Shown here: positions 20,125 through 29,583 of the stretch, in pieces
Numbering within the stretch: position 1 is the stretch's first letter
Layout of the letters: every line of letters starts with the position of its first letter
NCBI GenBank assembly: GCA_964236955.1
Contig: CAXSGP010000002.1
Location: 56,038-120,037 of the forward strand
From: an uncultured Oligoflexus sp.
GTDB lineage: Bacteria > Bdellovibrionota_B > Oligoflexia > Oligoflexales > Oligoflexaceae
Direction: 5' to 3'
Length of the DNA: 64,000 bases
Made by a program: the position numbers and the translations under genes
The notes under the pieces: model-generated
The model's database searches: none
What the model was told of the DNA's origin: nothing
The model's input: only the letters and a program-made list of their open reading frames with translations

Positions 20125-21120
20125 TTAAAGCTCCGGGAGAACGATTTGATGATCGACACCAAAAATCCATGTGAGGAGAGCCACCCGCGTCCACATACCG
20201 TTTCGTTCCTGACGCCAGTATTTGGCCCGTGGATCGGCATCGATCGCGACGTCCAGTTCGGCCCTTCTGGGCAGGGGATGCATAATGATGGCTTTTTCTT
20301 TCATGCACTTGAGATGCTCATACTTAAGGTGAAAGCGACCATAATCGACTTTCTTCGATTCACCCTCGACGTCATACTCATCCTGCACGCGGGTCATGTA
20401 AACGGCATCGGCAACCCGAAGCGCATCCTGCAGATGATCGGTTTCCTCGAATTTAATTCCGGCCTTCTGCAGCTTGCTGCGGACGTCATCGCCGATGCGA
20501 TACTCATCCGGCGAAACAAATACGATTCGAGAATCTTGATAATTGGTGAGCAGACCACTCAAAGAGCGGATGGTTCGTCCCCGCTTGAGGTCGCCGACCA
20601 TGACTATGGTTTTGCCATCGATCCCACCTTCGCGGAAGAAGCTGCGGTTGAGCGTGTAGATGTCAAGCAAGGCCTGGGTTGGGTGCTCGTCAGGACCGCT
20701 GCCGGCGTTGATAATAGGTACGGGTCGTTCGCTCTCATCAAGAATCGCAGCGATGCGATTGCATAGTCCCGGCACGGCCGTGCGCATGATAATCATGTCG
20801 ACATAACTTGAAAAGGTCTGCAGAGAATCTTCGATACTCTCGCCTTTCCGTTCTGAACTCGTTGCCGAATCCCGAATCTCGTTGGTCGACATGCCAAGAA
20901 TCTGCGCCGCCGTTTGAAAGGAGAGAAAGGTGCGGGTCGATGGCTGCGTGAAATAAAGCATCACCCGTTTATGAGCAAGAAGGCCACGCAGGTAAAGCAG
21001 GCCTTCCTTGGATTTATCAAAGCGTCGAATGGTATCGGTAAGAAGACACATATAATCGAGAAAGCGACGATCGAACTGCGATGAGTTCAAAATATGTTTG
21101 GGCCCGGTTTCAAGATCCAT
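20125..21120 (-). CDS. pyrB: Aspartate carbamoyltransferase catalytic subunit
   Basis: PSTRT, KGESIED, INAG...HPTQALLD, GDLKRGRT, TRVQ, MHPLPR. Confidence 0.93.
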   Translation of the reverse strand: MDLETGPKHILNSSQFDRRFLDYMCLLTDTIRRFDKSKEGLLYLRGLLAHKRVMLYFTQPSTRTFLSFQTAAQILGMSTNEIRDSATSSERKGESIEDSLQTFSSYVDMIIMRTAVPGLCNRIAAILDESERPVPIINAGSGPDEHPTQALLDIYTLNRSFFREGGIDGKTIVMVGDLKRGRTIRSLSGLLTNYQDSRIVFVSPDEYRIGDDVRSKLQKAGIKFEETDHLQDALRVADAVYMTRVQDEYDVEGESKKVDYGRFHLKYEHLKCMKEKAIIMHPLPRRAELDVAIDADPRAKYWRQERNGMWTRVALLTWIFGVDHQIVLPEL

Positions 21121-21132
21121 GAGTGTTGTCCC

Positions 21133-22158
21133 TTATGCTTGGAAGCGAACGCTGGCTTCGCCTTGACCTGCGACGATCTTACCGATTTTTACCGCAGTCA
21201 GTTTGCTTTCAGCGCAGGCTTTGATAAAGCTGTCAGCGGCTTCGGGTTTCACAGCGGCAATCATACCGGCTCCCATATTGAAGACTCCCTCGACGCTGGC
21301 AAACGAAGCATCATGCTCATCGAAGATCTCCTGCATCCACGCCGGGGTGGGGATAGCCTTGGGATCGATTTGCGCCACCACATTTTCCGGCAGGACGCGC
21401 GGGAGATTTCCCGAAATACCGCCACCGGTGATATTGGCCAAAGCATGCACACTGCCCCAGGGCAAGGTCTTTAATATCTGCGGCAGCTCCCAATAGATCC
21501 GGGTTGGGGTTAGAATTTTTTTGATGCGTTCTGGGCTGGCGCCTTTGGTCTTGAGCCATTTCCTGAGTAGCGAAAAGCCATTGCTATGAAATCCTGAACT
21601 CTCGAGGGCGATTAAAACATCGCCTTTCTGCACAAGTGAGGCTTCCAGCCGCTTGGCGCCATCGACAACGCCAACGACAAAGCCGGCAAGATCGAAGTGC
21701 CCTTTTGCATAGAGCCCGGGAAGTTCTGCGGTCTCGCCGCCCAGCAGGGCCGTATCACATTGCTTGAGGGCATTGCGTATTCCAGCCAGAACCGCTTTGA
21801 ATTGGCCTTCATCGAGTATGCCCGTGGCATAGTAATCGAGAAAGAACAGCGGCTTCCCGCCGACCGTATAGAGATCATTCACGCACATGGCGACGAGGTC
21901 AAAGCCTAGCCCCTCCAGTTGTCCCTCTTCAATGGCCAGGAGCACCTTGGTCCCCACGCCGTCGGTGCCAGTGACCAGCAGGGGATCTTCCATACCCTTA
22001 AAATCGGGGCGAAACAAAGCTGCAAAACCACCGATACCCGACACGACTTCGCCGCCTTTGGTACCGATACTGCCACTGCCTTGCAACCAATCGACCAGGG
22101 CATCCCCCTTTTCCACGTCGACGCCCGATTCTTTATAAAGGTCTCTACTGTCAGCCAT
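21133..22158 (-). CDS. purM: Phosphoribosylformylglycinamidine cyclo-ligase
   Basis: YKESGVD, GTDGVGTK, AMCVND, GGETAE, SSGFHSNG, ITGGG, FNMG. Confidence 0.95.
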   Translation of the reverse strand: MADSRDLYKESGVDVEKGDALVDWLQGSGSIGTKGGEVVSGIGGFAALFRPDFKGMEDPLLVTGTDGVGTKVLLAIEEGQLEGLGFDLVAMCVNDLYTVGGKPLFFLDYYATGILDEGQFKAVLAGIRNALKQCDTALLGGETAELPGLYAKGHFDLAGFVVGVVDGAKRLEASLVQKGDVLIALESSGFHSNGFSLLRKWLKTKGASPERIKKILTPTRIYWELPQILKTLPWGSVHALANITGGGISGNLPRVLPENVVAQIDPKAIPTPAWMQEIFDEHDASFASVEGVFNMGAGMIAAVKPEAADSFIKACAESKLTAVKIGKIVAGQGEASVRFQA

Positions 22159-22161
22159 TGC

Positions 22162-22875
22162 TTAGTCCTCTTCCGTAAGAGTCGAATGATTGGGGGAAGG
22201 TCGAAGGTCTTCGGACCTAGGTTCGGGATCAACTGAATCCATAAGAGGAACGGCGTCCAGCAACTGTATCAGCGAGCAGACCCAGCTCGTCTGGAGGGGG
22301 AGGGGCGCATGGGTTTCATAAAATAATGTGCGGCCGCGCAAGGATTCCAAATCAAAGAGCGCCGGTGCCTGCACCTCTGCGCGCAGCCAGAGAATGCCAC
22401 CATCCTGAACCAGGAGTGCCAGGGCTAAATCTTCTGGACTGCGGCAGTCTAGAATTGCGGGCAGTCCATAGTCGCGCCCGACCTCAACGAGGAACTGCAA
22501 ACTGGCTTGGTCGTGCTTTCGCACGTCCAAGGTATAAGCATCGGCACCCATGGCGCGTGTCTCTAAGACCTGCTCTTCGGTGCTGATGGCATCGAGCCGC
22601 CAGATGGGTCGGATTCTGTCGCTTTGCTTCCAGGCCCGAAAGGCATTCGCACTTGCCGTCTCACCGACGCGTTCGACGACGAGTTCGACAGCAGGCAAAA
22701 TCTTCCCAGTCGCGATTCGCGCCAGGGAGGTGTTGGGAAAGTCTTGGGGAGAAAGGCGCCGGACGGGGGGGGCAGCTTGGATAAGACCGCGCAGTTTTTC
22801 ACGGTAGCGAATACGTTCCCGCCCCTTCTTGCCAGTGCTCGAGGGGTCGAAAAGATGGTCGAGAAATCCGCTCAT
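22162..22875 (-). CDS. Degenerate indole-3-glycerol-phosphate synthase (TrpC)-like protein
   Basis: APPVR, PIWRLDAISTEEQVLETRAMGADA and QFLVEVGRDYGLPAILDC align by eye to TrpC PVLRKDFI..YQI.EARA.GADA..L and LGL..LVEVH, but the catalytic residues are absent. Confidence 0.6.
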   Translation of the reverse strand: MSGFLDHLFDPSSTGKKGRERIRYREKLRGLIQAAPPVRRLSPQDFPNTSLARIATGKILPAVELVVERVGETASANAFRAWKQSDRIRPIWRLDAISTEEQVLETRAMGADAYTLDVRKHDQASLQFLVEVGRDYGLPAILDCRSPEDLALALLVQDGGILWLRAEVQAPALFDLESLRGRTLFYETHAPLPLQTSWVCSLIQLLDAVPLMDSVDPEPRSEDLRPSPNHSTLTEED

Positions 22876-22939
22876 ACTTCACACCTCATTCGACAAGGCG
22901 AATAAATTCAGTATAAACAGTCGCTTGCCTCTAGCTATC

Positions 22940-22966
22940 TAAAGTTTTGACAGCGGGTGCCGATGC
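22940..22966 (+). promoter_or_regulatory. Sigma-28 (FliA)-type promoter
   Basis: TAAAGTTT-N11-GCCGATGC. Confidence 0.65.
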
Positions 22967-22987
22967 GACTTTTAAGAAGTTAAACCT

Positions 22988-23887
22988 GTGCCTCGGCCAA
23001 GGACAAAGTCCATGGGATCAGTTCCATACATGAATAAAAACCGCTTCATAATGGCTATGTTTGCAATGCTTGCAGCACCTACAAACCATAGTCTCGGAGA
23101 CGTTGTCTATAAGAAAGTCTCGACTCTGCGCGTCAATCCGCGAGACGACGAACCGGCTCTGGTGTCCACGCCCTATCCACCGCCATTTAATGACAATATG
23201 TTTCGCATCACCAAACTGCAAAACAACGTAAATTCCCTTACCGTTCTCATTGACGGCGGCTTCGACAGGGGCATGCTTCCGGGAACAATTCTCAAAGCGC
23301 AAAGACCCTATATCAGTCCCTCCGGAGTCCCTGAATATATCCCTGTCGCACGGCTCAAGGCCATCCAGGTGCGCGACACCTACACCTTGGCAGAAGTCCT
23401 GACCAACGGTTCCCTCGATTCGCAGATACACTTCAGCGATTATCCGGAACTGATGGTCGGCGATCGCGCCGAGCCTGAGACGATAGCGATCGCGACACGT
23501 ATCCAGCTCCTGCCGATACTTTCCTGGACCTATAAAAAACTTTTTGTCGATCCGAAGAGCAATCCGGGCAACTTTGAACTCACCACCGAAGGCCGACAGA
23601 GTCTGCTCGCCAGAGCTCAGCTCTTCACTGCGGTGCACGCGCCGCTGCTTCTGGTCGAGGCCTATACTGACAGCCACGGCGATCGAGCGACCAATCAGAT
23701 GGAATCTTACCAGCGCGCGCTCACCGTTCGCCAAACGCTGATCGATGAATTGGCGATTGATCCCGATCGCATCGTGGCGATAGGAATGGGTGAGTCGGAG
23801 GCTGAACTCAACGCTGATCTTCCGGGTGCCGAAGATGAAGCGCGGCGCATCATAGTCAAGGTAAAAAGCCTGCCGCAGGGCAATTGA
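22988..23887 (+). CDS. Exported OmpA-family peptidoglycan-binding protein with FlgT-C-like beta domain
   Basis: C-terminal VEAYTDSHGDRATNQMESYQRALTV...IDPDRIVAIGMGES; middle IDGGFDRGMLPG...VARLKAIQVRDTYTLA; start may be ATG 23012 or 23030. Confidence 0.78.
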   Translation: MPRPRTKSMGSVPYMNKNRFIMAMFAMLAAPTNHSLGDVVYKKVSTLRVNPRDDEPALVSTPYPPPFNDNMFRITKLQNNVNSLTVLIDGGFDRGMLPGTILKAQRPYISPSGVPEYIPVARLKAIQVRDTYTLAEVLTNGSLDSQIHFSDYPELMVGDRAEPETIAIATRIQLLPILSWTYKKLFVDPKSNPGNFELTTEGRQSLLARAQLFTAVHAPLLLVEAYTDSHGDRATNQMESYQRALTVRQTLIDELAIDPDRIVAIGMGESEAELNADLPGAEDEARRIIVKVKSLPQGN

Positions 23888-23998
23888 ACGTGACTATCGA
23901 AACGATAATCTTGTATCCATTTTTTTGGTGTTGTTGCATCATGCCTCTATGAAGTCAACTTTGCCAAATCGACTCACAATGGATAGTGACAATAGCCC

Positions 23999-25207
23999 AT
24001 GAAAGTCCCTCTCTTCCCTGTGATTGCGACCGCTATTCTATCCCTCGTCGCCGCTTGGTTCGGCATGAATTGGGCGGCGAAAGTCTCGAGTTCGGAGACT
24101 CGCGCAACGGAAACTCTGCTTCGCCCCATAGCCGAATACGAACCCACTTTCGGGGTCGGGATCAGCGAGCAGATGCTGGTTAAAAAGCAGGGTATTTTTT
24201 TTATGAAGGCGCTGCTCGCCAGCAATGCCCGCGTCTATATCTTTGTGTCGGCCGACCGTCGGGACGAGATCGACAAACTCTTGCGCAATTCCCCCCTGCT
24301 GCACGGCATGGAGCGTGAATCCATAGTGAAAATCCAGCTCGAGCATGAATCGATGTGGGTCCGGGACTACTTCCCGATTCCCATTCTAAAGGCCATTCCG
24401 CACCTCGTGCCAACGCCGAGTTTCGTCGACTTCGTCTACCGAGATGGCAATACGCTTGACGATGCCGCCATACATCAGTTCGCTCTGGCAATCAACCTCA
24501 GCGTTGAACACCTGCCGATAGTTTTGGACGGCGGAAACTTCATGACCAACGGTGAGACTTGTGTTCTCAGCGAGGAAGTTTCCGAAGATCCCGAAATACT
24601 GCTTTTAAATTCACCAGAGCCCCCGTTAGAGTCAAACCTGGAGTCGATCTTTCGATCGTCGCTGGGCTGTCGCAAAACAATTATTGTTAGCCAAATTCCT
24701 CATCCTCACGTAGATATGTGGATGAAGTTTCTCAACAAGACGACCCTAGTCGTGAACCGCATCGATCCAGCTGCAATCAAAGCCAGCACTGGACTCGGCG
24801 TGGCGGAGCGGGAAAAGGCCGAGAAGATTGCCCTTGAACTGGATAGGGCAGCCGAGCTTTTGTCAAAGTCCTTCGAAGTTGTGCGTATGCCGATGGCAGT
24901 ACCAACAGCTGCTGCATTTATGACCTACACCAATGCGGTGATCAGCAATGGCAAGGTAATCGTACCGCGCTATTCCAAGCTGTTCGTCGCCAACGATAAG
25001 GGTCGCACGGCCAAGGTACTTGAGACATATGAACAGGAAGTCGAGCAGATCTATAGGCACTCCGGTCTGGACGTCACGTTTATCGATGCGAACGACCTGA
25101 TTGGCGATGGTGGCGCTTTTCATTGCGTCACCTTTCATTTGCCTGATCTCGATGCGATTTCCAAAGACAAGGGATATCTGGCAATCAAGCCCACGACGAA
25201 ACCTTAA
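23999..25207 (+). CDS. Agmatine/peptidyl-arginine deiminase family protein with N-terminal membrane anchor or signal
   Basis: WVRD, DGGN, HVD and GGAFHCVT catalytic motifs; hydrophobic N-terminus. Confidence 0.85.
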   Translation: MKVPLFPVIATAILSLVAAWFGMNWAAKVSSSETRATETLLRPIAEYEPTFGVGISEQMLVKKQGIFFMKALLASNARVYIFVSADRRDEIDKLLRNSPLLHGMERESIVKIQLEHESMWVRDYFPIPILKAIPHLVPTPSFVDFVYRDGNTLDDAAIHQFALAINLSVEHLPIVLDGGNFMTNGETCVLSEEVSEDPEILLLNSPEPPLESNLESIFRSSLGCRKTIIVSQIPHPHVDMWMKFLNKTTLVVNRIDPAAIKASTGLGVAEREKAEKIALELDRAAELLSKSFEVVRMPMAVPTAAAFMTYTNAVISNGKVIVPRYSKLFVANDKGRTAKVLETYEQEVEQIYRHSGLDVTFIDANDLIGDGGAFHCVTFHLPDLDAISKDKGYLAIKPTTKP

Positions 25208-25236
25208 TTTGAAGCGATTGAACGAGGAGAGCTTCC

Positions 25237-25857
25237 ATGATGCATCCCGACACCAACCTGAAATGGGTTAATGACGAAATCGGTTTTGGCGTTTTTGCAA
25301 CGCAATTTATACCGAAAGGAACCGCGGTCTACGTACGGGACGCTCTGGAGGTTAAGGTGGAACGCAACGCTGCGCTCTTGAAAAATCCGGCCTACCAGGA
25401 AATCATCACCAAGTATTCCTACGTCGATGCCAAAGGCGATTATATCCTCAGCTGGGATCATGCGCGTTTTGTCAATCACTGCTGCTTTCCAAGCTCCATC
25501 ACGACCGGCTATGGCTTTGAGATCGCCATCCGCGATATCAATGAAGGGGAGGAGATCACCGACGATTATGGTCTGTTGAATATCGAAGAGGACATCCCCC
25601 TGTCCTGCAGCAAGCCTGGCTGCCGCAAGGTGGCCCGAGCGGGTGACTTTGATCATAACGTTGAGCGATGGGATAAAATCGTCAAAGACGCCCTTGCGCG
25701 CTTTAACCTTCATGATCAACCGCTGATGAAATTTATGGATCAACAGACCATCCATCAGCTGACGCTGTACCTTGAAAAGGGCAAGCCCTACCTGTCGGTA
25801 CGGACCCAAAAATTTATGGCCGAAAATTATAAGTCGGATCTTTTTATTGCCCGTTAG
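25237..25857 (+). CDS. SET-domain protein-lysine methyltransferase-like protein
   Basis: GFGVFA, ARFVNHCC, RDINEGEEITDDY, post-SET-like CSKPGCR; GAGGAG SD. Confidence 0.88.
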   Translation: MMHPDTNLKWVNDEIGFGVFATQFIPKGTAVYVRDALEVKVERNAALLKNPAYQEIITKYSYVDAKGDYILSWDHARFVNHCCFPSSITTGYGFEIAIRDINEGEEITDDYGLLNIEEDIPLSCSKPGCRKVARAGDFDHNVERWDKIVKDALARFNLHDQPLMKFMDQQTIHQLTLYLEKGKPYLSVRTQKFMAENYKSDLFIAR

Positions 25858-25972
25858 GCAGCTCATCCCAGGCAAAAGCTAGCAAAGGTCAAATGCGTCG
25901 TAATAGCATAGATGAAGTTTAGTCTTTCGCCGTGCTACAATGGCACTTTATATACCGAAGGGTCATTTCTCT

Positions 25973-27247
25973 ATGGGCGCATGGCTTGCAATCGATTTTG
26001 GAACATCAAATTCATTGGTCGCAGGTGCTGACGCCCAGGGTATCTTACCGCCGATTCCTATCGATCCCAGTTCGCCTGATCCCACCATAATGAAGAGTGT
26101 GCTTTATTCTCTGCGTCGCAATGAGTGGTCGGTCGGCAATGAAGCGATTTCCCTCTACTATGAGGCGGGAGCGGAAGGTCGGGTCCTCAAGTCACTGAAA
26201 AAATTCTTGCCCGATCCTTCGTTTCAGGGAACACAGATCCATGGTCAATTTTATTCCCTGGAAGATCTTCTGTCCCGCCTCTTAAAAACGATGCGCGAGC
26301 GTTCGCAATCCTATCTTGGTCAGGAGCTGAACCGGGTGGTCCTCGGTCACCCAGCGCTCTTTTCGCCCCTGCCAGAAGCGCATCAAAGGGCCCTGGCACG
26401 CCTGGAAAAGGCCGCGCAGATTGCGGGCTTTAGCGAGGTCGTCTTTTGCCCGGAACCTGTTGCCGCTGCACACAATTTCGCTAAAAGTCTAAAATCGGAA
26501 AAGATTGTTTTGGTCGCCGATTTCGGCGGAGGCACCAGCGATTTTACTATCATTCGTTTAAAGCCCGAAGGCTTTTCCGAGGGTGATGTCTTGTCGCTGG
26601 GCGGTATCTCGTTGGCCGGAGATGCCTTCGATGGGACGATCATGGAACATGCCGTTGCGCCTTTTTTTGGCTCCAAGATCAACTTTCGCATGCCGATGGG
26701 CTCGAACACCTTAAACCTCCCCAAGGCCCTGATTCGCAAGCTTTGCTCGCCTGCCGACCTGATGCTTCTCGGCAAAAAAGAATATATCGAGTTTTTCCGT
26801 AACCTCCAGCAGTGGTCGCTCGACAAGTCGGACTCGCTGGCGATCGAAAGGCTGGAGCTTTTGATTGAGGAGCGCCAAGGCTACCATCTCTTTGAAAGTA
26901 TAGAAGATGGCAAGAAGATGCTGTCGTCGCAACAAATCGCCAATATCAATTATCAATATCCCGGTATCGATCTTAACCTCAATTTTGACAGAGTCGAATT
27001 TGATCTCTTTGCCTTAAAGACGATTGAGGCGATACTGGGAGCGCTGGATAAGACGCTCGCTGATTCGGGCTTAGCCTATTCCCAGATCGATATCGTCTGC
27101 TGCACCGGCGGAACGGCCAGAATACCGGCTCTGCATGAGGGTCTGGCCCAGCGGCTGGGTGCAGAAAAGCTCGAGCATCACCTCCCCTTTCATGCGGTTG
27201 TGAATGGGCTTGCGGAAAAGGCTTTCCAGCTTGCTAAAAAAAGTTGA
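25973..27247 (+). CDS. YegD-like Hsp70-family protein
   Basis: IDFGTSNS, SLKKFL, EPVAAA, DFGGGTSDF, GDAFD, TGGT; lacks the DnaK substrate-binding domain. Confidence 0.88.
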   Translation: MGAWLAIDFGTSNSLVAGADAQGILPPIPIDPSSPDPTIMKSVLYSLRRNEWSVGNEAISLYYEAGAEGRVLKSLKKFLPDPSFQGTQIHGQFYSLEDLLSRLLKTMRERSQSYLGQELNRVVLGHPALFSPLPEAHQRALARLEKAAQIAGFSEVVFCPEPVAAAHNFAKSLKSEKIVLVADFGGGTSDFTIIRLKPEGFSEGDVLSLGGISLAGDAFDGTIMEHAVAPFFGSKINFRMPMGSNTLNLPKALIRKLCSPADLMLLGKKEYIEFFRNLQQWSLDKSDSLAIERLELLIEERQGYHLFESIEDGKKMLSSQQIANINYQYPGIDLNLNFDRVEFDLFALKTIEAILGALDKTLADSGLAYSQIDIVCCTGGTARIPALHEGLAQRLGAEKLEHHLPFHAVVNGLAEKAFQLAKKS

Positions 27248-27298
27248 TGCCTTCGTTGCGGTGACAGGGTCAAGGCGGAGACTCCAAGGAGCTTTACA

Positions 27299-28717
27299 GT
27301 GACTTTCGATCTTGACCTCTATCGTTCCGCTTTGCGGGCCCGGCCCTCACCCCTGGCCATGCTCCAGCCCAAGGGCGGCTATCGCCCGATCCCAGCATCG
27401 ATCGATCCCCTGATTGTCGAAGACAGCACCTGGGCTGCCATCGCCCAGGCGAGTCGGATCGCCTTGAAGGGCATGAAGGCACTCGTCGCCCGCCTGCGGC
27501 AACCCGAGCACTTTGCGCGATCTCAAAAAATCTATGCCGAACTTAACCCAATGGAGCAGGCGGCAGCCTTTGCCTCAGATCCCTCGCCTCTTGCCACCGC
27601 CCGCTTTGACCTCTTCTTTGATGCGGGTGGGCTAAAAATCATAGAGGCCAATGCCACAATACCGGCGATGCAGGCCTACAGCGATATCGTGCGCAGCGCG
27701 TGGCTCGCCGCCTCCGGCTTCCCCGACAGCAGCTCGCCCAATTGTGAGGAGCTCCTTGCTTCATTGCTCTATCTGCACCATCACGCCCGGCATGGCTTTC
27801 CGGAAAGCCGCGGGGCTATCACCGCACCCCCTTCCCTGAAGCCGCGCATTGCAATCGTAGCTCGCAGTGGCGACGCCCAAACCGCCGAGCTATTGCACCT
27901 GCAAACGCTATGGCGAAAAAAAGGCCATCACGTTGATGTACTGGTACCTGACCAGCTTGAGATCGTCGGTAAAAAATTGCGACGCAAGGGTGAAGTGCCT
28001 TCTGAAGCTTATGACCTTGTCTATCGCCACATCTTCGCGTCGCGCCTCGATCCTTCCAGTGACTTTGCCAAGGCTCTGGTGCAAAACCAGGTTTTTCAAA
28101 TCTTTAACCCCATCGCCGCCCATCTGGAAATCAAGGCTATTTTCGCCGAATTAAGCCGTTTTGCTGACGACGAGGCGCTCTCTGCCAGCCTCGGTCTTAC
28201 GCCAACCGAGCAGGGGATACTGAAGGCGCATGTGCCCTGGACCCGAATCCTTGAAAAATCGACTCTGGATCAAGCCCATGAGGCCTGGCAGGCTCGAAAT
28301 GCCCGAGACTATGTGGTCAAGAGCAGCAGCGGCTATGGAGGGCATGCGGTCTACATGGGTTCACATTTTCAGGAACCATCCCATCAGGAGCGTATCAAAA
28401 ATCTGCTGCAGACGACCCAACCGGTAAGTTGGAACGATTTCCTTGACTCCTGCGCTGCCGATCCCAAGGGACTTTGGATAATTCAGCGACGAATGGAAGG
28501 CCTTCGGATGAAACATAGAATCTTATATGATAATGTCGTCGAGCAAGAGTCCTATGTCGATGCTTCCATTTTTGTCTCGGCCCATTCTATGCCACGCGGT
28601 GGGGCTTCGCGCTTCGCAGTCGATCCTATCGTCAACCTTGGGCAGGGAGGAGGCCTCATCCCAATGTTCCTTCGAAGCGAATACTTGTCGCTGATGAAGA
28701 TTTCGCAAAAACAGTAA
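27299..28717 (+). CDS. Circularly permuted ATP-grasp / glutathionylspermidine-synthase-like ligase
   Basis: ARFD, KIIEANATIP, DLVYR, VVKSSSGYGGHAVYMG, WIIQ, IVNLGQGGG; AAGGAG SD with GTG start. Confidence 0.72.
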   Translation: MTFDLDLYRSALRARPSPLAMLQPKGGYRPIPASIDPLIVEDSTWAAIAQASRIALKGMKALVARLRQPEHFARSQKIYAELNPMEQAAAFASDPSPLATARFDLFFDAGGLKIIEANATIPAMQAYSDIVRSAWLAASGFPDSSSPNCEELLASLLYLHHHARHGFPESRGAITAPPSLKPRIAIVARSGDAQTAELLHLQTLWRKKGHHVDVLVPDQLEIVGKKLRRKGEVPSEAYDLVYRHIFASRLDPSSDFAKALVQNQVFQIFNPIAAHLEIKAIFAELSRFADDEALSASLGLTPTEQGILKAHVPWTRILEKSTLDQAHEAWQARNARDYVVKSSSGYGGHAVYMGSHFQEPSHQERIKNLLQTTQPVSWNDFLDSCAADPKGLWIIQRRMEGLRMKHRILYDNVVEQESYVDASIFVSAHSMPRGGASRFAVDPIVNLGQGGGLIPMFLRSEYLSLMKISQKQ

Positions 28718-28740
28718 TTTGCCTCATCGAAAGGCTGAGT

Positions 28741-29121
28741 ATGAGCACGGACAAAAACGTTAAGGTGGTAATTCTGGGACTCTCCGACGACCCAAACCGC
28801 TATGCATATAAAGCCGCTCAAAGGCTTAAGGAAAGCTCTTTTCCTAACGTGATGGGTATCCACCCCTCGGGCAAATCAGTGCTAGGGATCCCAGTCCTGC
28901 AATCTTTGGCAGAGCTTACCGAACCCGTCCACACTCTGACCATCTACCTCAACCCGGCTCGCATCGACCCTTTGTTTGAGGCGATCCTCAAAGCCAGGCC
29001 CAAGCGCATCATTTTCAATCCAGGCACCGAACATCCTACTCTTATGCGTATCGCCAAACAGAAGGGCATCCAGGTCGTTGAGGCCTGCACTCTCGTTCTT
29101 CTGGCTTCCAAACAGTTTTGA
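28741..29121 (+). CDS. CoA-binding protein (YccU-like)
   Basis: ILGLSDDPNRYA, TLTIYLNP, RIIFNPGTE, EACTLVLL. Confidence 0.88.
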   Translation: MSTDKNVKVVILGLSDDPNRYAYKAAQRLKESSFPNVMGIHPSGKSVLGIPVLQSLAELTEPVHTLTIYLNPARIDPLFEAILKARPKRIIFNPGTEHPTLMRIAKQKGIQVVEACTLVLLASKQF

Positions 29122-29583
29122 TAAGAATGGAGGTCTGTCTTCCGGTCGCGCGCGTCCGCATTTTAAAAGACCGCGCGATCAACAAAAAGCCTTCCTTGCC
29201 AAACTGTTGGTTATGGTAAGTTTTTGGCATGAATCGGTTCCGCTTTGCTCCGTGCGACCCTGATTGCTTATCAAAAAAGGGAACGGCAGCTTCTCTTCGT
29301 TGATTCTTTACACTGCCGTCCCTTGCCCGGGAGGGTCCCATCCTTTTCAATCATCAATAACTTTAGCCATGGTTGCTTCAAGAGCCTCGCTGCTGCCGAG
29401 AGATGGGCCTGTTACATTTTATGAAGCCGCTTGAAATCCAGCATTTTTTTCGACCATGCAAACGACGGCCGAACTAAGTTAGGGATAATCCGATTGACAA
29501 AGCAAGTGCCCTTGGAGACTCTCAGAACGGTGCTTCCGGCCCCACCTCGGCCCAACTTCTTCGGACCTTTGTGAGAAGATTTT

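Noticed and set aside
29400..29583. Possible CarH/LitR operator upstream of crtY
   Set aside because: A TTGACA is present at 29494-29499, but I found no convincing tandem operator repeats or matching -10 box
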